Assembly: GCF_003334315.1 (NCBI RefSeq)
Contig: NZ_QOWR01000005.1
Origin: Escherichia coli
GTDB lineage: Bacteria > Pseudomonadota > Gammaproteobacteria > Enterobacterales > Enterobacteriaceae
Length of the DNA stretch: 64,000 bases
Reading direction: 5' to 3' (one strand)
The position numbers were made by a program, and so were the translations under genes. The notes below the pieces were generated by a model. It did no database searches. It was given only the letters and a program-made list of their open reading frames with translations, and was not told the DNA's origin. Below, piece by piece: positions 1-11,639 of this stretch (positions within the stretch are counted from its first letter, which is position 1; each line of letters starts with the position of its first letter).

Positions 1-615
<615 letters not shown>

Positions 616-660
616 TTACTTGCGGTAGAAAAATAAAATTCGGCGCAATTCTAACAGGGA

Positions 661-676
661 AAGCAAACGTTTGCGA
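661..676. promoter_or_regulatory. PurR operator (pur box) of purMN
   Basis: aagcaaacgtttgcga (minus-strand reading tcgcaaacgtttgctt), 14/16 match to palindromic pur-box consensus ACGCAAACGTTTGCGT, about 65 nt upstream of purM start. Confidence 0.8.
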
Positions 677-851
677 GACTGCTTTACACAACCTTTTTGC
701 ACGTCTTTTCCCCAGGCGCGCGGCGAAAGAAGACTTGTGCCAGGGCAAAGGTTAGTTTTCGGATGGAATAATCTTCTTTCATAACCATTTGAATATAAAA
801 TAACTTTATCTCAAACCGTTATCATTTTGACTAAAGTCAACGAAAATAATA

Positions 852-895
852 TTGCCGCCTTGAAGAAAGGAGGTATAATCCGTCGATTTTTTTTG
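852..895 (+). promoter_or_regulatory. upp promoter with T8 initially-transcribed tract (UTP-sensitive reiterative transcription / start-site selection)
   Basis: -35-like ttgccg (852-857), 16-nt spacer, TATAAT (874-879), then GATTTTTTTTG (885-895) 27 nt before upp ATG; matches the known upp initiation region. Confidence 0.75.
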
Positions 896-921
896 TGGCT
901 GCCCCTCAAAGGAGAAAGAGT

Positions 922-1548
922 ATGAAGATCGTGGAAGTCAAACACCCACTCGTCAAACACAAGCTGGGACTGATGCGTGAGCAAGATATCAGCACCAAGC
1001 GCTTTCGCGAACTCGCTTCCGAAGTGGGTAGCCTGCTGACTTACGAAGCGACCGCCGACCTCGAAACGGAAAAAGTAACTATCGAAGGCTGGAACGGCCC
1101 GGTAGAAATCGACCAGATCAAAGGTAAGAAAATTACCGTTGTGCCAATTCTGCGTGCGGGTCTTGGTATGATGGACGGTGTGCTGGAAAACGTTCCGAGC
1201 GCGCGCATCAGCGTTGTCGGTATGTACCGTAATGAAGAAACGCTGGAGCCGGTACCGTACTTCCAGAAACTGGTTTCTAACATCGATGAGCGTATGGCGC
1301 TGATCGTTGACCCAATGCTGGCAACCGGTGGTTCCGTTATCGCGACCATCGACCTGCTGAAAAAAGCGGGCTGCAGCAGCATCAAAGTTCTGGTGCTGGT
1401 AGCTGCGCCAGAAGGTATCGCTGCGCTGGAAAAAGCGCACCCGGACGTCGAACTGTATACCGCATCGATTGACCAGGGACTGAACGAGCACGGATACATT
1501 ATTCCGGGCCTCGGCGATGCCGGTGACAAAATCTTTGGTACGAAATAA
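922..1548 (+). CDS. upp: uracil phosphoribosyltransferase
   Basis: 208-codon [26 protein letters not shown]...; SD ggag 911-914; track ORF 895 trimmed to ATG 922. Confidence 0.97.
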
Positions 1549-1563
1549 AGAATAAAAATAATT

Positions 1564-1593
1564 AAAGCCGACTTTAAGAGTCGGCTTTTTTTT
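1564..1593 (+). terminator. hairpin plus T-run between upp and uraA (intrinsic terminator/attenuator)
   Basis: 10-bp stem aaagccgact/agtcggcttt with loop ttaag, followed by T8 (1586-1593). Confidence 0.7.
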
Positions 1594-1633
1594 GAGTAAA
1601 GCGCCTATAACACATAATACAGAGGATAATACT

Positions 1634-2923
1634 ATGACGCGCCGTGCTATCGGGGTGAGTGAAAGACCGCCACTTTTACAGACAATCCCGCTTAGTTTGC
1701 AACATTTGTTCGCCATGTTTGGTGCAACCGTCCTGGTGCCCGTCTTATTTCATATTAACCCGGCGACTGTACTGTTATTTAACGGTATTGGAACGCTGCT
1801 GTATCTCTTCATCTGTAAAGGGAAAATTCCGGCTTATCTTGGTTCCAGCTTTGCCTTTATTTCACCGGTATTGTTACTGTTGCCGTTGGGGTATGAAGTC
1901 GCGCTGGGCGGCTTTATTATGTGCGGCGTGCTGTTCTGCCTGGTTTCTTTTATCGTGAAGAAAGCGGGGACCGGCTGGCTGGACGTGCTGTTTCCACCTG
2001 CGGCAATGGGCGCAATCGTTGCCGTCATCGGTCTGGAGCTGGCGGGCGTAGCTGCCGGTATGGCGGGTTTACTCCCGGCTGAAGGGCAAACGCCAGACTC
2101 CAAAACCATCATCATCTCTATTACCACCCTGGCGGTCACGGTTTTAGGTTCCGTGCTGTTTCGTGGTTTCCTGGCAATTATCCCGATTTTAATTGGCGTG
2201 CTGGTGGGCTACGCGCTCTCTTTCGCAATGGGAATTGTCGATACCACGCCGATTATTAATGCTCACTGGTTTGCGCTGCCAACCCTCTATACGCCGCGCT
2301 TCGAGTGGTTTGCCATTCTGACTATTCTGCCAGCGGCGTTAGTGGTTATTGCCGAACACGTAGGGCACCTGGTAGTAACGGCTAATATCGTCAAAAAAGA
2401 TCTGCTGCGCGATCCAGGTCTGCACCGTTCGATGTTTGCTAATGGCTTGTCGACCGTGATTTCCGGCTTCTTTGGCTCTACGCCAAATACCACTTACGGA
2501 GAAAACATTGGCGTGATGGCGATCACCCGTGTTTACAGTACCTGGGTTATCGGCGGGGCGGCGATTTTCGCTATCCTGCTTTCCTGCGTCGGTAAACTGG
2601 CTGCCGCTATCCAGATGATCCCATTGCCGGTGATGGGCGGCGTTTCGCTGCTGCTTTATGGTGTCATCGGTGCTTCCGGTATTCGTGTTTTGATCGAATC
2701 GAAAGTGGATTACAACAAAGCACAGAACCTGATCCTGACTTCCGTGATTTTGATCATCGGCGTCAGTGGCGCGAAGGTAAACATCGGCGCGGCGGAGTTG
2801 AAAGGTATGGCGCTGGCGACCATCGTCGGTATCGGCTTAAGTTTGATTTTCAAACTGATCAGTGTGCTGCGCCCTGAAGAAGTGGTGCTGGACGCAGAAG
2901 ACGCGGATATAACAGACAAATAA
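1634..2923 (+). CDS. uraA: uracil:H+ symporter (NCS2 family)
   Basis: 429-codon [39 protein letters not shown]...; track ORF 1592 trimmed to ATG 1634. Confidence 0.96.
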   Translation: MTRRAIGVSERPPLLQTIPLSLQHLFAMFGATVLVPVLFHINPATVLLFNGIGTLLYLFICKGKIPAYLGSSFAFISPVLLLLPLGYEVALGGFIMCGVLFCLVSFIVKKAGTGWLDVLFPPAAMGAIVAVIGLELAGVAAGMAGLLPAEGQTPDSKTIIISITTLAVTVLGSVLFRGFLAIIPILIGVLVGYALSFAMGIVDTTPIINAHWFALPTLYTPRFEWFAILTILPAALVVIAEHVGHLVVTANIVKKDLLRDPGLHRSMFANGLSTVISGFFGSTPNTTYGENIGVMAITRVYSTWVIGGAAIFAILLSCVGKLAAAIQMIPLPVMGGVSLLLYGVIGASGIRVLIESKVDYNKAQNLILTSVILIIGVSGAKVNIGAAELKGMALATIVGIGLSLIFKLISVLRPEEVVLDAEDADITDK

Positions 2924-3017
2924 TGTACCGACCGGGCAGTGTTGCTGCCCGGTTCAAACATCATGGGATTCTGTGGTAAACTTCTCGCGATTTTGTGAAA
3001 TCCTGGTTGAGGTATCT

Positions 3018-3719
3018 CTGAACACACCGGCACAGCTCTCTTTGCCACTTTATCTTCCTGACGACGAAACCTTTGCAAGTTTCTGGCCGGGGGATAACTC
3101 CTCTTTACTGGCCGCGCTGCAAAACGTGCTGCGTCAGGAACATAGCGGTTACATCTATCTCTGGGCACGAGAAGGCGCGGGGCGCAGTCATCTGCTGCAC
3201 GCGGCTTGCGCGGAATTGTCGCAGCGTGGCGATGCGGTGGGCTATGTCCCGCTGGATAAACGCACCTGGTTTGTTCCGGAAGTGCTCGACGGTATGGAGC
3301 ATTTGTCGCTGGTCTGTATCGACAACATTGAGTGTATTGCAGGCGATGAGTTGTGGGAGATGGCGATTTTCGATCTCTACAATCGAATTCTGGAATCGGG
3401 CAAAACACGGTTGTTGATCACCGGCGATCGTCCACCGCGGCAGTTGAATCTGGGATTACCGGATCTCGCGTCGCGACTCGACTGGGGGCAGATCTACAAA
3501 TTGCAGCCACTTTCTGATGAAGATAAGTTGCAGGCGCTACAGTTACGCGCGCGTTTGCGTGGTTTTGAACTGCCGGAAGATGTGGGGCGTTTCTTGCTGA
3601 AGCGGCTCGACAGAGAAATGCGCACGCTATTTATGACGTTGGATCAGTTGGATCGTGCGTCGATTACCGCGCAACGTAAGCTGACCATTCCGTTTGTGAA
3701 AGAAATTCTGAAGTTGTAG
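3018..3719 (+). CDS. hda: DnaA-inactivating AAA+ protein Hda (RIDA), non-canonical CTG start
   Basis: ORF encodes ...[35 protein letters not shown]...; known Hda N-terminus MNTPAQ begins at CTG 3018-3020; longest ORF (GTG 2973) would add 15 residues. Confidence 0.85.
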
Positions 3720-3733
3720 ATAAGGTGTTTATT

Positions 3734-3827
3734 GTCGGATGCGGCGCGAACGCCTTATCCGAACTACGCGAAGTTAATCCATAGTATTCGTAGGCCGGAT
3801 AAGACGTGGCAAGCGTCGCATCCGGCA
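3734..3827. repeat. REP/BIME extragenic palindromic elements (two units)
   Basis: gtcggatgcggcgcgaacgccttatccgaactacg and gtaggccggataagacgtggcaagcgtcgcatccggca; canonical REP palindromes between convergent hda and yfgD. Confidence 0.85.
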
Positions 3828-3856
3828 ATGTGCTTCAACTAGCGATGGAGCACATC

Positions 3857-4216
3857 TTAACCCACGATTTCCAGTACCTGCTCCGGTGGACGACCAATCC
3901 GCGCTTTGCCATTCGCGACCACAATCGGGCGCTCCATCAGCTTCGGATTATCCACCATTGCCTGAATCAGCGCCTCTTCGCTAAGCGAACTGTCAGCCAG
4001 GTTCAGTTCTTTATAAAGATCCTCTTTCTGGCGCATCAATTCACGGGCGCTATTCATCCCCAGCATTTTCAGCAAATCGCGCAGCGTTGCAGCATCGGCG
4101 GGTGTCTCAAGGTAGAGCACCACTTCTGGCTCCACGCCGTTTTCTTTCAGCAGGTTCAGCGTTTCCCGGCTCTTTGAACAGCGTGGGTTATGGTAGATTT
4201 TTACCTGTTTGGTCAT
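3857..4216 (-). CDS. yfgD: ArsC-family (Spx/arsenate reductase-like) protein
   Basis: 119-codon ORF MTKQVKIYHNPRCSKSRETLNLLKENGVEPEVVLYLETP... with N-terminal Cys-x-K-S motif. Confidence 0.93.
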   Translation of the reverse strand: MTKQVKIYHNPRCSKSRETLNLLKENGVEPEVVLYLETPADAATLRDLLKMLGMNSARELMRQKEDLYKELNLADSSLSEEALIQAMVDNPKLMERPIVVANGKARIGRPPEQVLEIVG

Positions 4217-4236
4217 TGTTCTTCCTTTAATGCGAA

Positions 4237-5700
4237 TTACATCTTGGTATAAGGCTTAAAGCGTTCCTGCAGCTGGCGCAACTGGTCGATGCGCGCATCG
4301 TAACGCGCTTGTTGCAGGCTGCCTAATTTCACCTGCGAACTGGCGCTACTCAACAGCGAAATGGCCTGATCGAGTCGTCCGGCGAGCGCATAACCTTCTG
4401 CTCGCGCAGCCAGCTCCTGATCGCGGTTATTTAGCGCGGCTTCCGCCTGTGCCAGTAAATCCCAGCCGTTGCTGTCATCTTTATTATTAAAGGTGTAGCG
4501 ATTGAGAATATTGGCCGCTTCTTGTGGTTGACCGCCTTGCAGATAAGCGTTTGCCAGGTTGAGCTGCAACACCGGATTGGTGCGCAAATCACGGGCATTT
4601 TTCAGGCGATTGATTGCCTCATTGGCTTTGTTTTGCCCAAGATCGATATCGGTAGCCAGATCGAGATACCATGCGTTGCCAGGTTCTGCCGCCAGTAACG
4701 GTTGCAGCGTTTTACGCGCCTCGTCGTATTTATTGGCTTCCATCGCCTGTAAAGCACGACCATATTGCGCCGCTCGTTGCTGACGAACGTTTCCTTTCGC
4801 CCATTCATCCAGCAAATCACTGGTGAGCTGGTTACGTCCGGAATTATACATCCCCAGTGTGCGCGCTTTCGCCAGATAGAAATCTTCCGACGACTGCACC
4901 ACCATCGGTCGCATCTGATTAGCACGGTTGCGGGCATCTGCCAGACGACTTTCCGGCAACGGGTGAGTCAATAAAATTTCCGGCGGGCGCGAGGAGTAAC
5001 GCGCCTGATCGAGTAATTTTTCGAGGAAGGTTGGCATCGCCTGCGGATCGAATCCCGAGCGTTGCAGCACCTGAATACCAATGCGGTCCGCTTCCTGTTC
5101 ATTTTGCTGGGTGAAACTGATCATCCCCTGACGTGTTCCCGCCAGTGTACCGGTCAGCGCCGCCATCCCCGCCTGCGGACTGGCCATCGCCAGTAAAATA
5201 GAACCTAACGCGCCGACCCAGGTCAGCGGCGCGCTGCGTTGTTGATCTTCCATCGCTCGCGCCAGGTGACGTTGGGTGACGTGGGAGATTTCGTGCGCCA
5301 TAACTGAAGCCAGTTGACTTTCGTTATCGGAATAACGGAACAGGGCAGAGTGCAGCACCACGTTGCCGCCAAAGAAAGCAAAGGCGTTAATTTCGTCGTT
5401 GTTGATCAGAAAAAAATGAAACGGTGTCTTAACCGAATTGGCATGCGAAACCAGACGCATCCCCAGCGAATTAATATATTGCGTTAACAGCGGGTCATTA
5501 ATTAACGGCGCGCTGCCGCGTAGCTGGCGGACATAATAGTCGCCCATCTGCATTTCCTGACCAATGGAAAGCGTGCTTCCTGCGGAGGTTCCCATATCCG
5601 GCAAGGTGTCTGCGCTGTCGGCAAACGCCGGGGCTACCTGACCAATGGTCATAGCAGCAATGAGGGTTGCAACCAGGTTTTTTTTCAACTGCCTGAACAT
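4237..5700 (-). CDS. bepA: periplasmic beta-barrel assembly-enhancing protease (M48 metalloprotease with TPR domain)
   Basis: 487 codons from ATG 5700: [27 protein letters not shown] (signal peptide); HEISH zinc motif present; track ORF extends to 5772 but that lies upstream of the sigma-E promoter. Confidence 0.95.
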
Positions 5701-5731
5701 AACCTCTATCCTGTATTTCTGAAGATAGTCA

Positions 5732-5759
5732 TTTGACCGATACTGTGAAATATCGTTCC
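5732..5759 (-). promoter_or_regulatory. sigma-E (RpoE) type promoter for bepA
   Basis: Minus strand reads GGAACGA-N16-TCAAA (consensus GGAACTT-N16-TCAAA); -10 at 5736-5732, about 30 nt upstream of bepA ATG; bepA is a known sigma-E regulon member. Confidence 0.7.
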
Positions 5760-5912
5760 CACCGCGCCGCATTTGAGTGTAACGGCGAAGATTAGCCCAC
5801 TCAAATGACTTTTCAGTTTCCTGAATCCGTCATAAAAAGCGAAGTCTTTTTTGTGACATTTCGATACAATTGCGGATCGCAATCCCGCTCTTGAGGTTCA
5901 GGGAAGGTCTTT

Positions 5913-6974
5913 ATGCTCGAAATGTTGATGCAATGGTATCGCCGCCGTTTTAGCGACCCGGAAGCGATTGCCTTGCTGGTTATTTTAGTTGCCGGATTTG
6001 GCATTATCTTTTTCTTTAGTGGCCTGCTTGCTCCGTTGCTGGTGGCTATTGTGCTGGCCTATTTGCTGGAATGGCCAACTGTGCGCCTGCAATCTATTGG
6101 CTGCTCCCGCCGCTGGGCGACGTCGATTGTATTGGTGGTTTTTGTCGGTATATTGCTACTGATGGCGTTCGTGGTACTGCCTATCGCCTGGCAACAGGGC
6201 ATCTACTTAATTCGCGATATGCCGGGGATGCTCAATAAGCTTTCTGACTTTGCCGCCACGTTGCCGCGCCGCTATCCGGCGTTAATGGATGCGGGCATTA
6301 TTGATGCAATGGCCGAAAATATGCGCAGTCGGATGCTGACCATGGGCGATTCGGTGGTGAAAATTTCCCTCGCCTCGCTGGTCGGTTTGCTGACCATAGC
6401 CGTCTATCTGGTGCTGGTGCCATTGATGGTCTTCTTCCTGCTGAAAGACAAAGAGCAGATGCTGAACGCCGTTCGTCGGGTGCTGCCGCGCAACCGTGGA
6501 CTGGCAGGACAGGTGTGGAAGGAGATGAATCAACAAATCACCAACTATATCCGCGGCAAAGTGCTGGAGATGATCGTGGTGGGGATCGCCACCTGGCTGG
6601 GGTTCTTGCTCTTTGGGCTGAACTATTCGCTGCTGCTGGCGGTGCTGGTCGGCTTCTCGGTACTTATTCCGTACATTGGCGCATTTGTGGTGACCATTCC
6701 GGTGGTTGGCGTGGCGCTATTCCAGTTTGGTGCAGGCACGGAATTCTGGAGCTGCTTCGCAGTGTATCTGATTATTCAGGCGCTGGACGGCAACCTGTTA
6801 GTACCGGTGTTGTTCTCCGAAGCGGTTAACCTGCATCCGCTGGTGATTATTTTATCGGTGGTGATCTTCGGTGGTTTGTGGGGATTCTGGGGCGTATTCT
6901 TCGCCATTCCATTGGCGACCCTGATCAAAGCCGTGATCCACGCCTGGCCCGATGGGCAAATAGCGCAAGAATAA
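5913..6974 (+). CDS. perM: AI-2E family inner-membrane permease
   Basis: 353-codon ORF MLEMLMQWYRRRFSDPEAIALLVILVAGFGIIFFFSGLLAPLLVAIVLAYLLEWP..., multi-TM; matches PerM (YfgO). Confidence 0.93.
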   Translation: MLEMLMQWYRRRFSDPEAIALLVILVAGFGIIFFFSGLLAPLLVAIVLAYLLEWPTVRLQSIGCSRRWATSIVLVVFVGILLLMAFVVLPIAWQQGIYLIRDMPGMLNKLSDFAATLPRRYPALMDAGIIDAMAENMRSRMLTMGDSVVKISLASLVGLLTIAVYLVLVPLMVFFLLKDKEQMLNAVRRVLPRNRGLAGQVWKEMNQQITNYIRGKVLEMIVVGIATWLGFLLFGLNYSLLLAVLVGFSVLIPYIGAFVVTIPVVGVALFQFGAGTEFWSCFAVYLIIQALDGNLLVPVLFSEAVNLHPLVIILSVVIFGGLWGFWGVFFAIPLATLIKAVIHAWPDGQIAQE

Positions 6975-6978
6975 TCTT

Positions 6979-7012
6979 CAGCCCGACGAACTGTTTCGCC
7001 GGGCTGATTTTT
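6979..7012. terminator. probable bidirectional intrinsic terminator for convergent perM and focB
   Basis: Stem cagcccgacgaa/ttcgccgggctg (11/12 bp) with 4-nt loop, T5 on plus strand (7008-7012); U-rich after stem on minus strand too. Confidence 0.65.
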
Positions 7013-7860
7013 CAGGATTCCTGACGTAAATAGATAGCCCGATAACACATACTCACCAGCACTGCACCGCCGATAATATTACCCAGCATCACCGGGAGCA
7101 GATTGGCGGTAATAAAATGGCTTACCGTCAGTGCCGGAAAATTGTCTGCGCTACTGTGCGCCAGTTGCCAGAAGGGGGGAGGGGCGAAATGGCGAATGGC
7201 AATGGCGAACGGAATCACAAACAAATTGGCGATACAGTGCTCAAAGCCACTGGCGACAAACAGGGTGATGGGCAAAATCATGGCGACGATTTTGTCGCAT
7301 AACGAACGCCCGCAATAACTCATCCACAGCGCCAGGCAAACCATCAGATTGCACATAATGCCGAGGCTGACAGATTCAGTAAATGTATGATGCATTTTGC
7401 CCTCGGCGCAGTGTAAAACCGCGACTCCCCACATCGCGTTTTCACTCATCACCAGCCCGGAAAACCAGATTAACAAACTGAAACAGGCAATACCTGCCAG
7501 ATTACCGCAGGCCACCAGAAGTGCGTTAATCAGCCAAGTTCGCCAACTAATAACGCCCCGACTTTTTGCCATCACCGTCATTACCGACGAGGTGAACAGG
7601 CTGGTGCCGCAAACCGCCAGCAAAATAAAGCCGAGTGTAAAGCAAAGGCCGCCCACCAGATGGGTTAATGCCTGTGAAGACGGGGCATCGGCGATAACGG
7701 AAAGGTAAAAAGTAAATCCGATCGCCATAAACACGCCAGCGGACATCGCCATTAAAAAGACCGACACTTTACTGCGGGCAATTTTATGGGCGGCAATCCG
7801 TTCAGCGATTGCCGCTTTTCTGGCGCTCAACTGCAAGTCGAAAGAGAGTTTGTTTCTCAT
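7012..7860 (-). CDS. focB: formate channel (FNT family), hyf-associated
   Basis: 282-codon ORF MRNKLSFDLQLSARKAAIAERIAAHKIARSKVSVFLMAMSAGVFMAIG... Confidence 0.95.
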   Translation of the reverse strand: MRNKLSFDLQLSARKAAIAERIAAHKIARSKVSVFLMAMSAGVFMAIGFTFYLSVIADAPSSQALTHLVGGLCFTLGFILLAVCGTSLFTSSVMTVMAKSRGVISWRTWLINALLVACGNLAGIACFSLLIWFSGLVMSENAMWGVAVLHCAEGKMHHTFTESVSLGIMCNLMVCLALWMSYCGRSLCDKIVAMILPITLFVASGFEHCIANLFVIPFAIAIRHFAPPPFWQLAHSSADNFPALTVSHFITANLLPVMLGNIIGGAVLVSMCYRAIYLRQES

Positions 7861-7881
7861 GCATACTCCTGCAAAAGCAGA

Positions 7882-9894
7882 TTACAACACCTCGCGAACC
7901 GAGATCCCCAGCCGCTGCATTCGTGACAGCAGCGTGGTGCGCTTCATCCCTAATCGCGTCGCTGCGCCACGGGGCCCGGCAACAATGCCATTGGTTTCTC
8001 GCAATACCTGAACAATGCGCTGACGTTCTTCTTCGTCATTCTCTGGCGTCGTCGGGTGCAGTAACTGCGCCATTGAACTGCGAAGCGCTGAATCTTCATT
8101 TAGCGTCGGCAGTAAACGGCTTTGTCGGACATTTAGATGTAAATTCAGACTGTTACCACGAGTCAGCAGTACCGCCCGCTCAATCACGTTTTCCAGCTCG
8201 CGCACGTTGCCCGGCCAATCCCACGACATCAACTGGCGTAGTGCCTCGGTCGGAATGGCGTCAATTGCGCGATTCATATGGCGCGCCATTTTTTGCGTGA
8301 AATGTTTTGCTAAAAGAGGGATATCTTCCGGACGGTCGCGTAGCGGCGGCAATTCCAGTGGGAAGACATTCAGGCGATAAAAGAGATCGCTGCGAAACTG
8401 GCGATCTTCAACCATTTGCCACAAATCACGGTTGGTGGCGGCAATGACTCTGACATTCACCGGGATCGTTCTACTCCCGCCGAGACGCTCAATCTCCCGC
8501 TCCTGCAATACGCGCAGCAGTTTAGGCTGAAGTTCTAACGGCAGATCGCCAATTTCATCGAGAAACAACGTGCCGCCATCGGCAATTTCAAAACGACCAC
8601 GATGGGTATTAATCGCACCAGTAAACGCCCCTTTGTCATGACCGAATAACTCACTTTCCAGAAGACTGGCGGGGATGGCAGCGCAGTTGATTTTGACCAG
8701 CGGCTTGTCGCGTCGCGGGCTAAGTTGATGGATCGCTCTGGCGATCACCTCTTTGCCAGTTCCGGTTTCACCACAAATCAACACCGTACTGTCGCTCTTC
8801 GCCACAATATCTACCTGCTGGAGCAGGTCTTCCATTGCCTGGCTTTGATAGATAATGTCACCGATGCCCAGATTCGAAAGGAGCTGCTCGCTAAGCTGGT
8901 GGTTTTCTTGCTGCAAACTTTCCTGCAAATCGGTCATGCTACGCCAGGCATCGGCATTGCCAACGGCAATAGCGATGCGATCGGCTATGTGTTGTAGTAG
9001 CTGGCAGTTTTCCTCACTAAAGAGAGTGGAAGAGGTATGCGCCAGCAACAATGCACCCGGTGTATGGTTGCCAAAGGTAAGCGGTATAAGGAGCGCAGAT
9101 TCGCAGCCGTTAGATGCAAGTAAGAGTAATAACGGGTCGCGTTGCCAGAGAAACAGATCATCTGCACGGTGCGTCAAGGTCGGTTGTCGGGTTTGTAGCG
9201 TTTGTGTCAGCAATACACTTTCGCCAGGCATACAGCGTGGCAGACACGCACAATGTGAGGCAGAAAGATCGCTGCACCACAGGCTGAACTTCTCGTTCTT
9301 TCGATGATCGCCCAGTACCATACTGACTGAAGCCAGACCGAAAAAATGATGGATCTCACGAGCGACGTCAGCGATCAGATCGTCGAGATCAAGATGTGAC
9401 AGCACTGCATTAGTAATATCAACCAGTACCCGATGATGATCGCGATCTTTCTCCAGCAAACGCAGCGCCACCTGCTGTTCTTCATCATTGAGCCATGATT
9501 GCAGAACCGGGGTGATTATCCGCGCCAGCCAGTTAAACAGTGTGCAATCCTGGGAAGTAAAACGACTGCCGTGGGTGCGAATAAAGCGTAGCTCCGCCAT
9601 TCCACTACTGCCGAGAAGGACGGCGTGACGCGAATAATCGACCATCTCGCCCTGATACTCTGTTGTTGCCGTCACATCGCTGCCATCATCATGGTAGCGG
9701 TAATAGAAGTTGCTTTTGAGAACATGCAGTTCAATAAGTTGTACCGGGCTGAACGGCGGCGGCAGCGGGATGAAGGCGCGTAATAAAGACGCCTTGCCGT
9801 GTTTCTGTGCTAACCGCTCCGCGAGCATTCCGTTTACCGCTTCAATTGTTATTCCTTGTGGCGGGGCAAACATCGCCTCGTCTGACATAGCCAT
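7882..9894 (-). CDS. hyfR: sigma-54-dependent transcriptional activator of hyf (GAF, AAA+ and HTH domains)
   Basis: [13 protein letters not shown]...; Walker [15 protein letters not shown] sigma-54 interaction motif, C-terminal HTH; start taken at second Met (670 aa), 9897 also possible. Confidence 0.93.
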   Translation of the reverse strand: MAMSDEAMFAPPQGITIEAVNGMLAERLAQKHGKASLLRAFIPLPPPFSPVQLIELHVLKSNFYYRYHDDGSDVTATTEYQGEMVDYSRHAVLLGSSGMAELRFIRTHGSRFTSQDCTLFNWLARIITPVLQSWLNDEEQQVALRLLEKDRDHHRVLVDITNAVLSHLDLDDLIADVAREIHHFFGLASVSMVLGDHRKNEKFSLWCSDLSASHCACLPRCMPGESVLLTQTLQTRQPTLTHRADDLFLWQRDPLLLLLASNGCESALLIPLTFGNHTPGALLLAHTSSTLFSEENCQLLQHIADRIAIAVGNADAWRSMTDLQESLQQENHQLSEQLLSNLGIGDIIYQSQAMEDLLQQVDIVAKSDSTVLICGETGTGKEVIARAIHQLSPRRDKPLVKINCAAIPASLLESELFGHDKGAFTGAINTHRGRFEIADGGTLFLDEIGDLPLELQPKLLRVLQEREIERLGGSRTIPVNVRVIAATNRDLWQMVEDRQFRSDLFYRLNVFPLELPPLRDRPEDIPLLAKHFTQKMARHMNRAIDAIPTEALRQLMSWDWPGNVRELENVIERAVLLTRGNSLNLHLNVRQSRLLPTLNEDSALRSSMAQLLHPTTPENDEEERQRIVQVLRETNGIVAGPRGAATRLGMKRTTLLSRMQRLGISVREVL

Positions 9895-9923
9895 CAACAG
9901 TCCTTATTAATGAGAAATCCTTC

Positions 9924-10337
9924 TCACGCAATTTTTCTGGCCATCAGATAGATGGCCGGTTCCTGCACAATTTCATCCAACAGATGAATGAATTGAATGC
10001 TACGCGCCTGCCACACAGACGTCGCGTCATCCGCCAGTGGCGCGAATGCCCGGGTCAACAGGGCGGTGTGGCTGGCGTCAATAACAATCTCACCAAAAGT
10101 CATCACCCCCAGCATCTTACGTCGGGCTTGCTCCTCTTCGACCAGTGCAAGCCAATCTTCGTATTCCGTCAGTGGGCAGCGGAAGGCGACATTCAGACAA
10201 TCAATCACGCCAACGTGATGGCCGATAGCTAGCGAGTAATACATTACCTGAGAGCTGTGTTCCGGCATCTCGTCGCTACTGGCGACAAACTTTTTTCGCA
10301 GCGTCCAGAAAACAATTTCCCCGCACTCTTCAGTCAT
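9924..10337 (-). CDS. hyfJ: hydrogenase-4 maturation/assembly protein (HycH-like)
   Basis: 137 codons from ATG 10337: [41 protein letters not shown]...; track ORF 10400 trimmed. Confidence 0.9.
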   Translation of the reverse strand: MTEECGEIVFWTLRKKFVASSDEMPEHSSQVMYYSLAIGHHVGVIDCLNVAFRCPLTEYEDWLALVEEEQARRKMLGVMTFGEIVIDASHTALLTRAFAPLADDATSVWQARSIQFIHLLDEIVQEPAIYLMARKIA

Positions 10338-11088
10338 GTAACCCCCGGAGTACGCGAAAGAGTTGCTGAACGATACTATTGAGACGTGGATCGTCGGCAT
10401 CGCGCAACCAGGTGTTAACCCGATTTCCTGTAGGATCGTCGCTTAAATGGCGCAGGAGCCGATCGCAAATTTCTCGCCCCTGACGATAGCCCGCCAGCCG
10501 CCGCGCTTCTCGCTCAATGGCGATACGCTGTGATGGCGGGATCTGCGGCCACAACGGTTGCATAGTCACCCCGGTGGGATCGCGATAATCCACAGCGTGA
10601 ATCTTCTGTTGCAGCAAACCGAGCGCCACGGCGAAACCGTGAATGGTGGCGGCCGGTGTTGGCGGGCAGCCGGGGATCCAAACATCAATGGGGACAATGG
10701 TGTCGCTACCGCCCCAGACGCTGTAGAGATCGTGGAAAATACCGCCGCCGACACCGCACGCGCCGTAGGAAACACAAATTTTATGATCGGGGGCAGACTC
10801 ATACGCCCGAAGTGCAGGCATACGCATCGCCCGGGTGACTGCGCCAGTAAATAACAAAATATCGGCGTGACGCGGTGATGAAACAACCTTAATGCCAAAA
10901 CGTTCTGCGTCGAATACTGGTGTAATGGCAGCAAAAATTTCGATTTCACAGGCGTTGCAGCCGCCGCAATCGATGCGATAAACGTAAGCCGAGCGACGGA
11001 TATCCTGTAGCAAATGCCGCTTCATCTTTTGCGTTTGCTCGTCCAGCGTGATGGGCTGGCTGACATATTGTGTAAGCACTGGACTCAT
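10330..11088 (-). CDS. hyfI: hydrogenase-4 small subunit (NuoB-like, Fe-S)
   Basis: 252-codon ORF with [10 protein letters not shown] and GCPP motifs; overlaps hyfJ start by 8 nt. Confidence 0.94.
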
Positions 11089-11630
11089 AGCTGCTCCTTA
11101 GCCACCAGCAGTACATCTGTATCGTCGTTGATCAGCGTCGCGCGTTGTTTGCATTCCGGGCAGACGCTCGCTTGCGCCCACAACATTTCGCGGTTTTGTG
11201 GCGCATTTTGTTGCTGTGCTAACAATTCAGCAGCCAGTGCGATGGTTTTTTGCGGGGCAAACGGGCGTTCGCAACGGCTGCAACGTTGTAGATGGAACGT
11301 CGCGCGGGTATAGAGATCGGCTTTATTGGTGACGGTCAGTTCAAAGTTATTGGTAAGCTGGATGGCTCTGGTCGGGCACACTTCTTCACAACGTCCGCAG
11401 TAAATACAACGCCCCAGATAGAGCTGCCAGGTGCGCGAATTTTGCTGGTCGTCGGTCTGGATAGTCAGCGCATTTGCCGGACAAGCACAGGCGCAGGCAC
11501 CGCAGGCAATACATTGGCTGGGCATCAGGTCCGGTTTTCCGCGAAAGCCAGGGCTGACCTCCAGTGGCGCGAAGGGATATTTCACCGTCGCGGTTCCGGC
11601 GCGCATAATAGTTTTCAGTAACTTCAGCAT
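11085..11630 (-). CDS. hyfH: hydrogenase-4 ferredoxin-like subunit (two 4Fe-4S motifs)
   Basis: 181-codon ORF with [12 protein letters not shown] and [12 protein letters not shown] cysteine clusters; ATGA overlap with hyfI. Confidence 0.94.
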
Positions 11631-11639
11631 CTTCTGTCC

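Noticed and set aside
811-1716. 301-codon minus-strand ORF antisense to upp
   Set aside because: Fully overlaps the well-supported upp/uraA genes on the opposite strand; long antisense ORFs are common opposite high-GC coding sequence. The same reasoning rejects 2710-3408, 26034-26732, 36238-37146, 41224-42426, 44531-45445 and 55031-56029.
5701-5772. Longer bepA start at 5772 given by the ORF track
   Set aside because: It lies upstream of the predicted sigma-E promoter (5732-5759), and the signal-peptide N-terminus MFRQLKK begins at 5700. Track starts were trimmed for the same reason at upp, uraA, hyfA, hyfG, hyfJ, gcvR, dapA, purC, ypfH, ypfN, narQ, nudK, tktB, eutS, eutM, eutG, eutK, ypeA and yfeZ.
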